Shown: positions 1 to 11,413, numbered from the stretch's first letter. The stretch is DNA of 64,000 nucleotides from Naegleria gruberi (GCA_000004985.1 GG738903.1); one strand, 5' to 3'. Notes: generated from the letters alone by a model not told the origin. Translations and numbers: made by a program.

Positions 1-46
1 AGAACGAAATAAGAAAAATTATAATGAGAAATGTTTATTACAATAA

Positions 47-886
47 TTATTTTCTATAGACACAATTAATGTAAATTTCAGAAAGTATCAAATTAGTAAC
101 GAATGACAACCAAACTGAACTTGTATAAGAATCCTTAACAGCAGCATCAACATTGATTCCTTCCTTTTGTTGGAAAATATTGTAAACTGTAAAGAGAGCC
201 AAATAGACTCTCAATGAGATTGAACTCATCACAGTAGCATAACATCTAATCATCCATTCTCTGTGCTTTTGAATTCTATATTCCTTCTCCTTGTTAATTA
301 GAGATTTGAATGGATTTATCCATTTTGGTAAAACATAGGCCATTGCCATTCCCATTGTACCAACCCAAATAGATGTCAATAATGTGAATGCACTCTTAGT
401 TGCCAATCCACCAGCACTGTATGGAATCAAACCTATTGATCCAATTGCACCTAGAACAATACTTGAATTGAAAATATAACCCATCCATTTGTGTAATTTC
501 ATATGTCTAGCCCTGAATGATTCTTGAAATTGGAAAATACCCAATCCCAAACAAACCATTCCACAACTAGCATGTAAAGCCAATGCAGGATATCCTTGTT
601 TTAAAGTATAAGTTGATCCGACATATTCCAATGCTCTTGGGTCAATGGATGGATCTGGATTAACAGGTTTAAATCTATGAAATATGGACAATCCCATTAC
701 TGCTGCCCATCCTGTTCCAACAACAACCCAAGAACCGTATTTCAATAGGGATTTAAGCCATGATGACGATGAAGAAGATGTAGTAGTATTGATTGTTTCT
801 TCTGTTGCTACTTTCTCTACTTGTTGTTGCTCGGATGAGGTAGATGATGGTGTTGATGAATTTTCATTAGACGATGTCTTACTCAT
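47..886 (-). CDS. multi-pass membrane protein with an N-terminal Ser/Thr-rich low-complexity region; family uncertain
   Basis: Uninterrupted 279-aa ORF. At least five hydrophobic helices follow an S/T-rich N-terminus. An AT-rich region sits upstream. I recognise no catalytic motif. Confidence 0.5.
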   Translation of the reverse strand: MSKTSSNENSSTPSSTSSEQQQVEKVATEETINTTTSSSSSSWLKSLLKYGSWVVVGTGWAAVMGLSIFHRFKPVNPDPSIDPRALEYVGSTYTLKQGYPALALHASCGMVCLGLGIFQFQESFRARHMKLHKWMGYIFNSSIVLGAIGSIGLIPYSAGGLATKSAFTLLTSIWVGTMGMAMAYVLPKWINPFKSLINKEKEYRIQKHREWMIRCYATVMSSISLRVYLALFTVYNIFQQKEGINVDAAVKDSYTSSVWLSFVTNLILSEIYINCVYRK

Positions 887-1280
887 GATGATATTGGTTT
901 AATTTTTTTTAATGGTGGTAAGGTATTGATTGGACCATTGTGTTTTTTTTTATAAGGAAACGGACAGTATTTATTTAAGGAATTGGAAACATTTATTCCC
1001 CGAATGGAAGACATTTTGCTACGTGTCTTCTACACACGTGTATTATGTGTGAAATTTATTGTGCTGTGTGCGTTTCTAATCCTTAAATTACTTCCACTAC
1101 TACTGTTGAACACTTTTAAGGGTTGGTTGAACAGTGCTGAATTATCCTCAATGGTTGTTGTATGGAAGCCAAGTCACCTATCAACTGTCACTGTTTTGAA
1201 CTGGCATCACCAATAAAAATTTTCGGTTTGCCCTTGTGACTACTTCACAGATCACTGAACGTGCTTCATCATAAAAAATT

Positions 1281-2306
1281 ATGCATAAGAGTTCATCATT
1301 ATCCTTCCTCTTGCTTGGAAGCATTTTGATTTGTTGCTTCTTGGCAACCTTCACAAATGCTCTCAAATTAAATGGGAAAGACAACAAAATTTCACTGGAT
1401 TTAAATTTGAATGGAATTAGTGGTTTGGGTGGTTTAAGTGCTTCATCATCTTCCGCTGCTTCTGCTGCTGCTGGAACATCAACTCAACAACAACAACAAC
1501 CAATTATTATTCAAGCTCCTCAACCTCAAGTTCAATATCAACCACAACCAATTACTATTAAAATTCCACCATTTAAATTCCCAAAGTGTTGTTCAAAGAA
1601 AAAGAAGGTTGAAAAAAAGACTGTTGTTATTGAAGTTCATCAAGAAAAGAGACAAAAGAAGAAGAAACCAACTAAAAAGACAGTCATTGTTGAAATTCAT
1701 CAAAAGAGAAAAGTTAAGAAGGTTAAGAAATCTGTCATTGTTGAAATTCATCAAAAAGTTAAACGTTCTAAATGTTCAAAGAGGGAAAGTAAGAGTTTGG
1801 CTCGTCAAATTAGATCAATTTTCAGAATTAAATATCAACAAGGAAAGAGATTCCATCCAAAGAAACATTTGGGAGCTGATTTGTTGATTTTATTCTCTCA
1901 TTTGAAGAAGAATCGTTCAGTTCCAAAATGTAGAAATAATACCAAGCCAAAACTTCCAAAATCTGTTAAAAAGATGGTAAAGATTATTTTCAAATGGAAG
2001 AAATCAAAGAAGGTTGAAAAGAAGCCTGAAAAAAAGCCTGAAAAGAAATGTAAGAAACCAACTAAACCAAAGAAATGTCCAAAGCCAGTCAAACCAAAGA
2101 AATGTAAAAAACCAACTAAACCAAAGAATAAGAAGCTCACTAAGGAAACTGTAGAAATGCTCAAATATTTGGCCACTTGTGACAAGAAATCTGTCACTAT
2201 TAAGAAGAAGAAGGTTGTTCAAAAGAAGGTTGAAAAGAAGGTTGTTGAAAAGAAACCTGAAAATAAGAATCAAAACATTGATGAAATCTTTTCAAAGAAG
2301 AAATAA
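1281..2306 (+). CDS. secreted lysine-rich repetitive protein (signal peptide, then KK-rich VIVEIHQK and KKPTKPKKC repeats)
   Basis: 341-aa ORF with a hydrophobic signal peptide (LSFLLLGSILICCFLATFTNA). Internal repeats include KKTVVIEVHQEKRQKKKKPTKKTVIVEIHQK and KKCKKPTKPKKCPKPVKPKKC. The antisense ORFs 1438..1887, 1898..2197 and 2004..2273 are artefacts of the low-complexity sequence. Confidence 0.5.
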   Translation: MHKSSSLSFLLLGSILICCFLATFTNALKLNGKDNKISLDLNLNGISGLGGLSASSSSAASAAAGTSTQQQQQPIIIQAPQPQVQYQPQPITIKIPPFKFPKCCSKKKKVEKKTVVIEVHQEKRQKKKKPTKKTVIVEIHQKRKVKKVKKSVIVEIHQKVKRSKCSKRESKSLARQIRSIFRIKYQQGKRFHPKKHLGADLLILFSHLKKNRSVPKCRNNTKPKLPKSVKKMVKIIFKWKKSKKVEKKPEKKPEKKCKKPTKPKKCPKPVKPKKCKKPTKPKNKKLTKETVEMLKYLATCDKKSVTIKKKKVVQKKVEKKVVEKKPENKNQNIDEIFSKKK

Positions 2307-2614
2307 ATCCAATTCTAACCAAGTAAATTGAATAACAATTGATACTTTCAATGTTGATAGAAGAAGAAACAGCAGACATGCAATATTGGATGATTTACAA
2401 AGTTATATTGAATAAATAGAAATTGTATCTTCTAAAAAAGGCAATTCAACAGGTAAGGAATTGGATACAAACTGGTAGATTTTTCGTTAAAAAACATTAG
2501 AAAATACGTGGTGGCTGTCATCATCAATGATAACTGACAACAACAACATTTAACCATTAAATTTGAAAAACTTTAAAAAAATATAAAAATTTGACTTGAA
2601 GAACCACCACACAT

Positions 2615-4219
2615 ATGAGTTATAAAACAGTGTTTAAAGCTTTATTCGCACTCGTAATAGTTGCTCTTTTACAGTCAGCCATCTATCTCCTAGTAGTAAA
2701 GAAGAGCAATGTTGAAGAGTCTAGAGCAGCAAGTCCTTCAGAGAAGAATCGTCCCGAGTTTAGTTCACCCTATCATCATCAAATGTTTTTAAATTATTCT
2801 TCGAGGATATTTACGGAGAGTGATTATTCTCATCAACGTCCAGGATTTTCCGAAATTATGAAACATGATTTGAAAGAGTTGTATAAATCAATGATTAATG
2901 TGGATGATCAGGTGAATAGAGCATTATCTATTTCTCTGGATCGTCCAATTGATTTTAGTAAAATGGATACGTATAGAAGAAGGATTAGAAGATATTTTGA
3001 AAAGGATAGAGTTTGGGATAGTTCTATGCATAAACATCAAATAACCTATTCACCATTTGATTCAGTTGTGGTACCTGCAGATTATTTCCTTGAAAATTAT
3101 CCAATTTATCGTAATTTTGTACTTCCACACACTGAAATTTACATGTTGAGAGAAAAGAATGTTCATGCCATCTATGATAATGACTATTCCACAACATTAC
3201 AAACTCTTGCAAAACATATAGTTGGAGAGGAGTGTTGGAAAAAAAAGATTGTAATGCTTCATGATACATTTCATTTCCATTCTGGTGGACCTAGAAAAGT
3301 AGGAATTACTTTAATGTCTGCATTGAAACTTATTGGAAAGGAATTTATTTCTACTGAGGATATTGATAGTCCTGATGTATTGAGTGCAGATGCTATGTAT
3401 TCCTATCATCCAATTCAACATACAAAAGTTGTTGATAGACTTTTAAGAGAAAAGCTAAAAGACAATTTCGTATATTTTGTTGGACCTACCATAGCACCTG
3501 ATATACATGCACATCATTACAGTAGATTGGGAGATAAAGTTAGAGTTTTAACAGCTTCACATTGGGTAAAATATCATGACTATGGTCCTGCTCTACCAAA
3601 ATCTATGAAATTATTGGTTTATCCAACACCAATTAACACAAAAATTTGGTCACCAAAACCAAAACAAGAACCTCCAAGTATGGATGGTGTATTATATATC
3701 AAGAATTGTGGACAGGGAGCTCCAGAGACTGTTAAGAGTCTAACTGAATCATTATTGAAGAATAATGCATACTTTTCCAATAGTACTCTCCATTTTTTTG
3801 GTTATGGTGGATATACTGAGCCACAATATTGGAAATTATTGAGAGAAAAGGCTAGATTTGCTGTTGTGTGCGTATCAACAGAAACTCAGGGCATTGCTCT
3901 CGAAGAAATGATGTCCATGAACATTCCTCTCTTTATTTTATGGGACAAGGGAAATTCTTACAGAGAGGCTGATTCACCAACTTCTGTTCCATATTTCTCT
4001 GAAGGAAAAACAGGAGTAATCTCAAAATTTAGTGAGATGCCTACTACTTTTCCTGATTTCTTAAAAAAGGTCGAAACCAATCAGTTTCAACCAAGACAGT
4101 ACGTTGCCAATGTGTTCAATTATTTTGATTTGGCCGTTTCATTTCTCGATATGGCTTGTAATTTGAAAAGCACTTTCGAACCAAGAGAAGAATATTTATC
4201 AAAATTTAAAAACATGTAA
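2615..4219 (+). CDS. type II membrane protein with a GT1/GT4-like glycosyltransferase C-terminal domain (putative Golgi glycosyltransferase)
   Basis: 534-aa ORF with an N-terminal signal-anchor helix (FKALFALVIVALLQSAIYLLVV). The C-terminal segment VVCVSTETQGIALEEMMSMNIPLFILWD resembles the E-x7-E nucleotide-sugar-binding motif of retaining GT4 enzymes. The family call is inference. Confidence 0.45.
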   Translation: MSYKTVFKALFALVIVALLQSAIYLLVVKKSNVEESRAASPSEKNRPEFSSPYHHQMFLNYSSRIFTESDYSHQRPGFSEIMKHDLKELYKSMINVDDQVNRALSISLDRPIDFSKMDTYRRRIRRYFEKDRVWDSSMHKHQITYSPFDSVVVPADYFLENYPIYRNFVLPHTEIYMLREKNVHAIYDNDYSTTLQTLAKHIVGEECWKKKIVMLHDTFHFHSGGPRKVGITLMSALKLIGKEFISTEDIDSPDVLSADAMYSYHPIQHTKVVDRLLREKLKDNFVYFVGPTIAPDIHAHHYSRLGDKVRVLTASHWVKYHDYGPALPKSMKLLVYPTPINTKIWSPKPKQEPPSMDGVLYIKNCGQGAPETVKSLTESLLKNNAYFSNSTLHFFGYGGYTEPQYWKLLREKARFAVVCVSTETQGIALEEMMSMNIPLFILWDKGNSYREADSPTSVPYFSEGKTGVISKFSEMPTTFPDFLKKVETNQFQPRQYVANVFNYFDLAVSFLDMACNLKSTFEPREEYLSKFKNM

Positions 4220-4511
4220 ATCTCTTCAACAGTACGATATTTACTAAAATTCTTCCAGACCATAAATCGACGACATTTGAGCATTTCATTAGGGTGGCTG
4301 TCAAAACGTGATTGAAATCATGTGAATCAATCACATTTTGTCACCCACCCAACAAACCACGAGTGAAATCTAAATTCCTTAATAAACACTATCTAATACC
4401 ATGCTATTCTACATTATTTCAATATCTGCTGATTTCATTAATACAAATAAGTTGGTGTATGATTCGTTAAGGATTAAAGCAGTTCCTTAAACAATACAGC
4501 AATATGTTCGT

Positions 4512-5522
4512 TTATTTGATAATGGAATATTTAGAAACCCAACCACTCTTTTCTACTTTGACAATACACAATCTCTTCCATGATGTCAAAGTAAAACATG
4601 TCTTGAATTCACCATCATCTCTAGCTTTCCTCACCTTTCCTCTCACATAGACAACATCATAAAAATGTCCCTTTTGGAAATAATAATTAGGTCTCATATG
4701 TCTCATCTGAATTTCCACACATTCCTCAAACTCTAAATTTTCAATAATGTAATCATATGTTCTATACCAATACACACCATTCTTAAAACAATAACCCTTA
4801 TTTCTCTCAGGGTATGCCCCTTCCATTCCCATATTTATAGCATTAAACATATTCGGGTCCTTAATAGAAATTGAGAAATTGAACCCCTTAACATTATAAT
4901 ATTTTTGGCAATAACATTGACATTTTTTCTGCACTGATCCAACAGAAGATGTTTTTTCATAGGGAAGAAACATTCCCATTGCTGTGTCACATATTGTTCT
5001 GAAATGGAGTGAGGGTTCATCTACTAGATATACATTTGGATTATACATCATTCCTCCATCACTATTCTGATCTAGAATATTCTTGTAAAGTTGTTCTGAG
5101 AAGGGATTAAATAATTTGTTGTTTAGTTTTGCAATCGAAAGTCCATTCCATTGTTGGTTGACTAACATCATGTAAACTTTGCCTTCGACCTTTCCAATAA
5201 ACAGTAAAGCACTTTCTTCCAATTTAAAATCTTCAATAAAAAGAGTCAACTGTTTCTTTTCTAAACAATACTTGCTGATTGATAATTTAAAGTGTCCAAT
5301 CAGGTTGGATGGATAGGAAATTTGAAGTTTGTATCGTTTCTCAGTTTTTCCTCCGTTCACAGAATCAAGTTTCACTTTAATTTTATCTTTCGTACTAATT
5401 GTAAATTCCAATGCTACAAGATTTTTATGTTTTTGTGTTGAATTGCTATTAATTAATCCAAAAACTAAATTGAAATTCGAAGAAAATTCCGACAGCATTG
5501 CCTTGTGCTGCAGTTTAGTCAT
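4512..5522 (-). CDS. hypothetical protein (336 aa)
   Basis: Long uninterrupted ORF with typical codon usage and AT-rich flanks. No motif recognised. Confidence 0.4.
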   Translation of the reverse strand: MTKLQHKAMLSEFSSNFNLVFGLINSNSTQKHKNLVALEFTISTKDKIKVKLDSVNGGKTEKRYKLQISYPSNLIGHFKLSISKYCLEKKQLTLFIEDFKLEESALLFIGKVEGKVYMMLVNQQWNGLSIAKLNNKLFNPFSEQLYKNILDQNSDGGMMYNPNVYLVDEPSLHFRTICDTAMGMFLPYEKTSSVGSVQKKCQCYCQKYYNVKGFNFSISIKDPNMFNAINMGMEGAYPERNKGYCFKNGVYWYRTYDYIIENLEFEECVEIQMRHMRPNYYFQKGHFYDVVYVRGKVRKARDDGEFKTCFTLTSWKRLCIVKVEKSGWVSKYSIIK

Positions 5523-5637
5523 TTTTTCAATTTAATTGGACAACTAATCTGTTTGAACAAGTTCAATATTGAATTTGATCTTGTTATTTTACAATGTTAT
5601 TCAGTAATTAATTTTAAAAAATATTTCGAAAAGAAAA

Positions 5638-7887
5638 ATGGGCAACTTCTTTCCTTCAGTAACGCTTGAACCACAACAGAAAACTGAACTGGAATCAAAG
5701 TTGAAAAGAAAAATAGATTCTGTTGGTGCCTATCCTGTAAGGAGTCCCAAGAAAAAGGTTCATACAAAATCCGAAACAAAGAAATATCTTCCATCTGATA
5801 TACTTCAGTTTTTTGATATTCCCTTAGTCAACAGGGAAATAGCCTGCAGAAACCTGATGGACAGCTTAATAGAACAAAAAAGCTCAGCGAACCATGGACT
5901 GCTCCCTATTTTGAGCCAGCATTATGGTAGTGGGAAAACTCGTCTTTTAAGAGAGTTTCGACAAGCTTTAAAGGAGAGGAATGATCTTGAGCAATTTACC
6001 TGCTGCGAGTCTGAAACTTCATCAGCAGTAGCAAATAATATTATGCAAGCAGTTCTTGTGGATATGCCTTTAAATAGGGCAACATTAACAAATTCTATAG
6101 AAAAGGACTTGCAATTTCCATTGGGTGGTATAAGTCGTCTCTTTTTATTAAGGCTAAAGACATCTATAGAAGAACATGCAGCAATTTCAAAGGATCCTCT
6201 TGTTTCTAAAACGATGAATGTTTTACGGTATGTGGGTGCGTGTACATACAATCATGTTTCTGATCTTTCGTTTGAAGAAAAAGATATTATTACAGAATTG
6301 AGCTTTTGCTCTGATTGGATGCAGTTTCTTCAATTTTATTCTCGTAATAGACTTTACCCAATATTAATTCTAATAGACGAAGCTTCATATCTAGAGTACC
6401 ATTATAAGGATGGCCATGTGTCCTTTGTTTATCTTTGGGAAAAAGTAATCAAACCTACAATGGGATCATCTTCTCCAGGAATTTACTTTGTGGCTTGTGG
6501 GACATCTTCAACTCTTACGAAACTGGGAAGAGGATTGTTAAGAAACGAAACTAAACTGATTTCTCCCACAAACGCAATTCATATCACGTTAGAAATGTTA
6601 AAAGAAGAGCATATTATGGAGATTTTCGAGAAAGTAATTATATCTAAGGATGGAAAACTTAATGTTAGGCAATTTACTTCTATTTTTTGTAATATTGGAA
6701 ACAACTATGAATACTTTTGCAAAACAGTTTTTTGGTTTACTATGGGTGTTCCAAGATTGGTGCTGTACGTTCTCTCATCTTTAACGCGACATGTTAAAAG
6801 CAATGGACCATTAGATTTCAGCACGAGAGGAAAGATTGACGATGTTTTCAATAACTTTGAAGCAGGTCCAGAGCTTTCACTTGTGAAAACAGCAAAAGAA
6901 ATTTTCCCATTTAATGAATGTACTTCTACTAAGGACAATTTATCTCGCTTTCGTTCAATATTAACAATGGGAGTGTTGAGATTTCCAATTCCTGTAACAG
7001 AGGAGTTTTTGACTGAAATAGACCTTATCCATGATCTTAACGTAGCCGTGGAAACACCAACTATCAATATTGATGGAAAACCAACAGTCATGATCAAAAT
7101 GTTCATTCCAAGGTTTACATTGATTAAGGCAGCCAAGCAAGAAAGCTTGCAACATTTATCTGTCCTAGCTTCTCTTCCTTCCAATTACTACAGATACATA
7201 GACAAGGTCGACTTGCTTGAACAACTATTTCATGACACAATACTAACTAGAGTTTTGGTAACCATCAAATTTTCAAACGCAACGAGATGGCAAAACATCC
7301 ACTCAATATTCTCTCATTCACAGTTTCTAACAGACAAAAAGGTTGAAAGGGAACATGAATTGTTTATGACCACCTCTGTTTTAGGACCCCCAGCTCCTAA
7401 ATCCAAAAGCCCAGGTTTTTTGATATCTGTTCCTGAAGGCAATAGTATAATTGGTATTGCATGTAAAACCAACATGTTTTCATCAATATTTAGTCTAAAA
7501 ATGCTTCAAGACGAAATAGATAAGGCCAGTTTGCTTGAAAAAAACATTACACTTTTTGTTTTTGCCAGACAGTTGACTGCTGAACTAGTTCAGTCTTGTA
7601 AAGATTTAGGGTACTTAAAGTTGACAGAAGGGAAGTGGTCATTTGGTTCCGGCTTAAGTTGCTCAAAGCTAACCACACCTCCAACAGGTGTATGGGCCAA
7701 AGGACTCAAATTTATTGAGAAGACCATAAATGTTTACAAAAACATGGAGGTTATTATATTGGGGAATGATTTGTTCAGTTCATTCTTTACGAAAGAGGAT
7801 ATTGAGCTCCTGACAGAAATTTCTACTGCAAAAACTTATCCAAAAATGGGACTGGTAGAAAATTGGGTTCAATCATTAATTCAATAG
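5638..7887 (+). CDS. P-loop NTPase of the AAA+/STAND-like class (749 aa)
   Basis: Walker A motif QHYGSGKTRLL and Walker B motif ILILIDEASYL (hhhhDE) sit about 130 aa apart. A long alpha-rich C-terminal region follows with no recognisable repeats. Confidence 0.55.
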   Translation: MGNFFPSVTLEPQQKTELESKLKRKIDSVGAYPVRSPKKKVHTKSETKKYLPSDILQFFDIPLVNREIACRNLMDSLIEQKSSANHGLLPILSQHYGSGKTRLLREFRQALKERNDLEQFTCCESETSSAVANNIMQAVLVDMPLNRATLTNSIEKDLQFPLGGISRLFLLRLKTSIEEHAAISKDPLVSKTMNVLRYVGACTYNHVSDLSFEEKDIITELSFCSDWMQFLQFYSRNRLYPILILIDEASYLEYHYKDGHVSFVYLWEKVIKPTMGSSSPGIYFVACGTSSTLTKLGRGLLRNETKLISPTNAIHITLEMLKEEHIMEIFEKVIISKDGKLNVRQFTSIFCNIGNNYEYFCKTVFWFTMGVPRLVLYVLSSLTRHVKSNGPLDFSTRGKIDDVFNNFEAGPELSLVKTAKEIFPFNECTSTKDNLSRFRSILTMGVLRFPIPVTEEFLTEIDLIHDLNVAVETPTINIDGKPTVMIKMFIPRFTLIKAAKQESLQHLSVLASLPSNYYRYIDKVDLLEQLFHDTILTRVLVTIKFSNATRWQNIHSIFSHSQFLTDKKVEREHELFMTTSVLGPPAPKSKSPGFLISVPEGNSIIGIACKTNMFSSIFSLKMLQDEIDKASLLEKNITLFVFARQLTAELVQSCKDLGYLKLTEGKWSFGSGLSCSKLTTPPTGVWAKGLKFIEKTINVYKNMEVIILGNDLFSSFFTKEDIELLTEISTAKTYPKMGLVENWVQSLIQ

Positions 7888-7974
7888 TTTCACAAACCAC
7901 ATTCAAAACCAAATTGGATGGTGAGTTTCAACTTAAACGCACTCAGAGGTAAATTGGTCCTTTATTCAGTTAGA

Positions 7975-8899
7975 TTAAACATTGTAATCAAAATGAATTG
8001 GATGTTCATCTCCATCACTTGCAGCATTAATTACAGTAACACCATTTTGTATCTTTTCATATCCATAACCCATGTGGACATGACCAAAACAATTTACCTT
8101 TAAATCTTTCAATTCATTCATTCTGGTCATCAATGAAGGACTTCCATATTTCAAAATTCCATCTAAATGACCCTTTGGTGGTGTATGGGTCACTAGAATA
8201 TTTGTATCTGGATCAATAGTAGCAAAAATCTCTGCAAGCTTTTCCTCACTTCTATAAAAATAATCATTGTCGAATTGACACATGTATTCCTTCTTTTCTC
8301 CAGGTAAATCTGACATATTTGGAATATATGGAGTTCCATAAATTTTAACACCTTCAATTACAACACTGCTATTTTCAAGATAAATAGCATTAGAAAATAA
8401 TTCTTGAATCTTTTCCTTTCCAAGTTTAGAAATATCCACTTCATGATTACCTAATTACAATCATTTCAATAATGTTACAAAATATTTAAATCAAATTATT
8501 AAACAAATATTAAACAAACATACCACAAATAACAATCTTGTGTTTGTAAGGAAGTGTTCCAACCCATTGATTAAACTTTTCAATATCCTCCAATTTTCCC
8601 TCATCAGTCATATCACCACAATGAATAAATACATCACCCTCTGGTAATTGCAGCATATCATGTTTGTTGTGTGTATCACTTATAATTACAAATTTTAATA
8701 CCTTTTTTCCTTCAGAGGTAGGTTGTGGATGAACAATTTCCCATTCAATCTTTTTTGGAGCCTTGATCGCTTCTTGTTCTCTTCGGGATGAGAGTTTCTT
8801 CATCAATTCATCGGAATTAGATGTTGTAGATGATGAAAGTATTTTGGTTGTAGGAGCTTTAACAGCAATGAATGAAGTAGGTGGAGGTGGTGGAGGCAT
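7975..8899 (-). CDS. calcineurin-like metallophosphoesterase (two exons)
   Basis: Exon 1 is 8514..8899 and exon 2 is 7975..8450. The 63-nt intron 8451..8513 reads GTATGT…TAG on the minus strand. Splicing gives …KIVICG|NHEVDISKLG…, restoring the GNHE motif. The GDxHG and GD metal-binding motifs are upstream (VIISDTHNKH, IHCGDMTD). Confidence 0.7.
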
Positions 8900-9049
8900 T
8901 TTCTAAATATATTGTACTTATGTGATGAACATTTCATTGTTGTGTAGATGATCTAAAACGTCAGGTTCACTATGAACTCGTCAATTTTTTTAAGGTTTTT
9001 TGCTTTCTAAATAATACATTAGTTTCCTTCTTATTATTAAAAACTTAAA

Positions 9050-11413
9050 TTACAATATGATATCTATTGCACTCTCTTCTTTTAGTGAAATGTATTTTGG
9101 AATCAGTTTTTGCATTTCTTTTTCTAGTTCTGTTGTGAATTCTCTATTGTTTTTCAGCTCGTTTGAAGCAAATTTGAGAGTATATGGTATTTCCAATACC
9201 GCAGCAGTTACAATCTGCTTATCGTTTCTCAATTCCTCTGAGGCAAACTTGAGAGCATTTCCATTTTTAGAGATGGCTGCTAGTACTACTTGCCTATCAT
9301 TTTTCAGTTCCTCTGAGACATACTCGAGGTTTAATCCATTTTGTTGTACTTTTTGTAATGCTAATTCTCTATTATCTATTATTGATAGTGGTTGAGAGGA
9401 AAATACAAATGGTAAAATATAAGTAAATGGTTTTTTGAAAATGAGAATGTCGCCATCTTGTTTCAGTTCTTCAGATGCAAATCTAAAGGAAGAGCCATTG
9501 TTTTGAACTGCCTTCATAACAACCTCTTTGTCATTTCTCAATCTATCCGATGCATATTCAAGAACAATTCCATCCAGTTGAACTGCAGCTAGAACAATAT
9601 CCCTATCGTCCCTTAGTTCTTCTGTGCAGTGTTGTAAAGCTATTGGATTATTTTTAACTGCTTCCATAGCAATAATCTTGTTTCCTTTAAAAGATGTTCC
9701 ACAAAATTTAAGAGAATTTCCATTTTTTCTAATGGCCAAGCTAACTATTTCTAAATCATTCCTTAAAGCCTTACATGCATACCCAAGATTGTTACCGTCT
9801 CTTTTAATAGCTTCTGTAACAATATGACGATCTTTCTTCAATTCCTCAGATGCATAACTAAATGATCCACCATCGGTATTCATTGCCTCTATTATTACAT
9901 CCTTATCATTTCTCAAATTTTCACATGAATAATATAGAGCATTACCATAATTCTTCACTGCTTTCAAGACCATTTCCTTATCATTGTTGAAATGAGGAAT
10001 GCAACATAGTGCTTGTCCTTTTAATTCCATTATTTTTAACATGAATTCTCTATTATTCTTCAATTCTTCAGAGGTCAGTGATAGATTTTTAATTGCATCC
10101 TGAGGTTCACTCATCAATGCAACTTGATAAATGATTTGCTGATCATTCAAAAGTTTAGTAGAGGCATACATAATAGCGTTTGAATTTTGAGTAATAGCCT
10201 CCATTACAATTTCAAAATCATTTCTAAAAGAGAGTGCATATTCAAGAGACATGCCATTTTGTTTTACACACCCTAAAACAAGTTCTTTCTCTATCAAAAA
10301 GTCCTCTGGTGATACAAATTGAAGATTGAGGCCATTCTTTTCACATACATACGAAACAACACTCTTACTATTTTTAAATGGGTGTTTTAAATTTTGAAAA
10401 CAATCAACCAAGCTAGTAACTTTGCCATTCAAATTATCAAACATCACCTGAAATATATTTTCAATAGAATATCTATTGTCTTCGTGAATACATGTCATTC
10501 CTTTACATAAGTCCTTAATTACAATCCATGAAGAAGGATCATTCTCAAATTCGCTAATAGTGGTAGTAGTATTAGTAATAATATTTTGGAATAATGTTTC
10601 GATATCATTCCACAATTCTTCTTGTTGATATTTTAATTGTAAGTGAAATCGATCTAGAAATAGAAATGATAGAATAGTAATACCCAGACTAAAAATATCA
10701 CATTTGCAGGAACATTTTCCATTAAGGATTTCTGGAGCAATAAACCCAATTGTACCAGCAAAACCTGTAGCAGAAGAGTAACAGGAGCTAGTACAATCAT
10801 CAACCAATTGCTCATTATTTTCCTCATTTAACAATAACATATCATCTAAATTATTTTCTGCCATTGTGGCACATCCTAAATCTCCCAACACTATCATTCC
10901 CTCCTCACTCATAAAAATATTTTCCGGTTTAACATCTCTGTGAATGATATGATTCAGTGATAGGGATTGCAAAGCTCCACAACACTGCACAATGATTTGT
11001 AATACCATTAAAATTGAAACTCTTTCCAAGTTTTTTCTCACATCACGCAAATTATTTCCTCTAAATTTAGATATAATAACATATTCTCGTAAGGTTATAG
11101 AGGCTTCATCATCATCATTATAATTATTAAAAGTTTTCATCGATAAAACATTGGCATGATTTGTGTGTTTATACTTTTGCAAATACTCGCTTCTGGTTTC
11201 TCCAGTCTCAAGTAAACCTGAATCATCATGAATAATTTTAAAAACCATCAATGATTGATCGCTCATCTTTCTACACTTGTAAACCCATGTTGTTGGATTT
11301 CGGTAAATTTCTGCTATGGGAAAATAGTATTCACCTTGAAATTCAAAACTTGTTCCATTGTTGTTATTATGGAAAAGAAGCGAAGAAATGGTGGACTGAA
11401 GAGATTTGGTCAT
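9050..11413 (-). CDS. Ser/Thr protein kinase with about 15 C-terminal DUF4116 repeats
   Basis: 787-aa ORF. The kinase catalytic loop HRDVKPENIF, DLG (a DFG variant) and the activation segment GFIAPE are present. The C-terminal half is tandem ~25-aa repeats of the form (A/V)(V/I)xxNGxALxYASEELRNDKEIV, typical of DUF4116. Confidence 0.7.
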   Translation of the reverse strand: MTKSLQSTISSLLFHNNNNGTSFEFQGEYYFPIAEIYRNPTTWVYKCRKMSDQSLMVFKIIHDDSGLLETGETRSEYLQKYKHTNHANVLSMKTFNNYNDDDEASITLREYVIISKFRGNNLRDVRKNLERVSILMVLQIIVQCCGALQSLSLNHIIHRDVKPENIFMSEEGMIVLGDLGCATMAENNLDDMLLLNEENNEQLVDDCTSSCYSSATGFAGTIGFIAPEILNGKCSCKCDIFSLGITILSFLFLDRFHLQLKYQQEELWNDIETLFQNIITNTTTTISEFENDPSSWIVIKDLCKGMTCIHEDNRYSIENIFQVMFDNLNGKVTSLVDCFQNLKHPFKNSKSVVSYVCEKNGLNLQFVSPEDFLIEKELVLGCVKQNGMSLEYALSFRNDFEIVMEAITQNSNAIMYASTKLLNDQQIIYQVALMSEPQDAIKNLSLTSEELKNNREFMLKIMELKGQALCCIPHFNNDKEMVLKAVKNYGNALYYSCENLRNDKDVIIEAMNTDGGSFSYASEELKKDRHIVTEAIKRDGNNLGYACKALRNDLEIVSLAIRKNGNSLKFCGTSFKGNKIIAMEAVKNNPIALQHCTEELRDDRDIVLAAVQLDGIVLEYASDRLRNDKEVVMKAVQNNGSSFRFASEELKQDGDILIFKKPFTYILPFVFSSQPLSIIDNRELALQKVQQNGLNLEYVSEELKNDRQVVLAAISKNGNALKFASEELRNDKQIVTAAVLEIPYTLKFASNELKNNREFTTELEKEMQKLIPKYISLKEESAIDIIL

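Noticed and set aside
1438-2273. ORFs 1438..1887 (+), 1898..2197 (-) and 2004..2273 (-) overlapping the lysine-rich gene
   Set aside because: They are alternative or antisense frames of a low-complexity AAG/AAA repeat. They show no independent start context or motifs.
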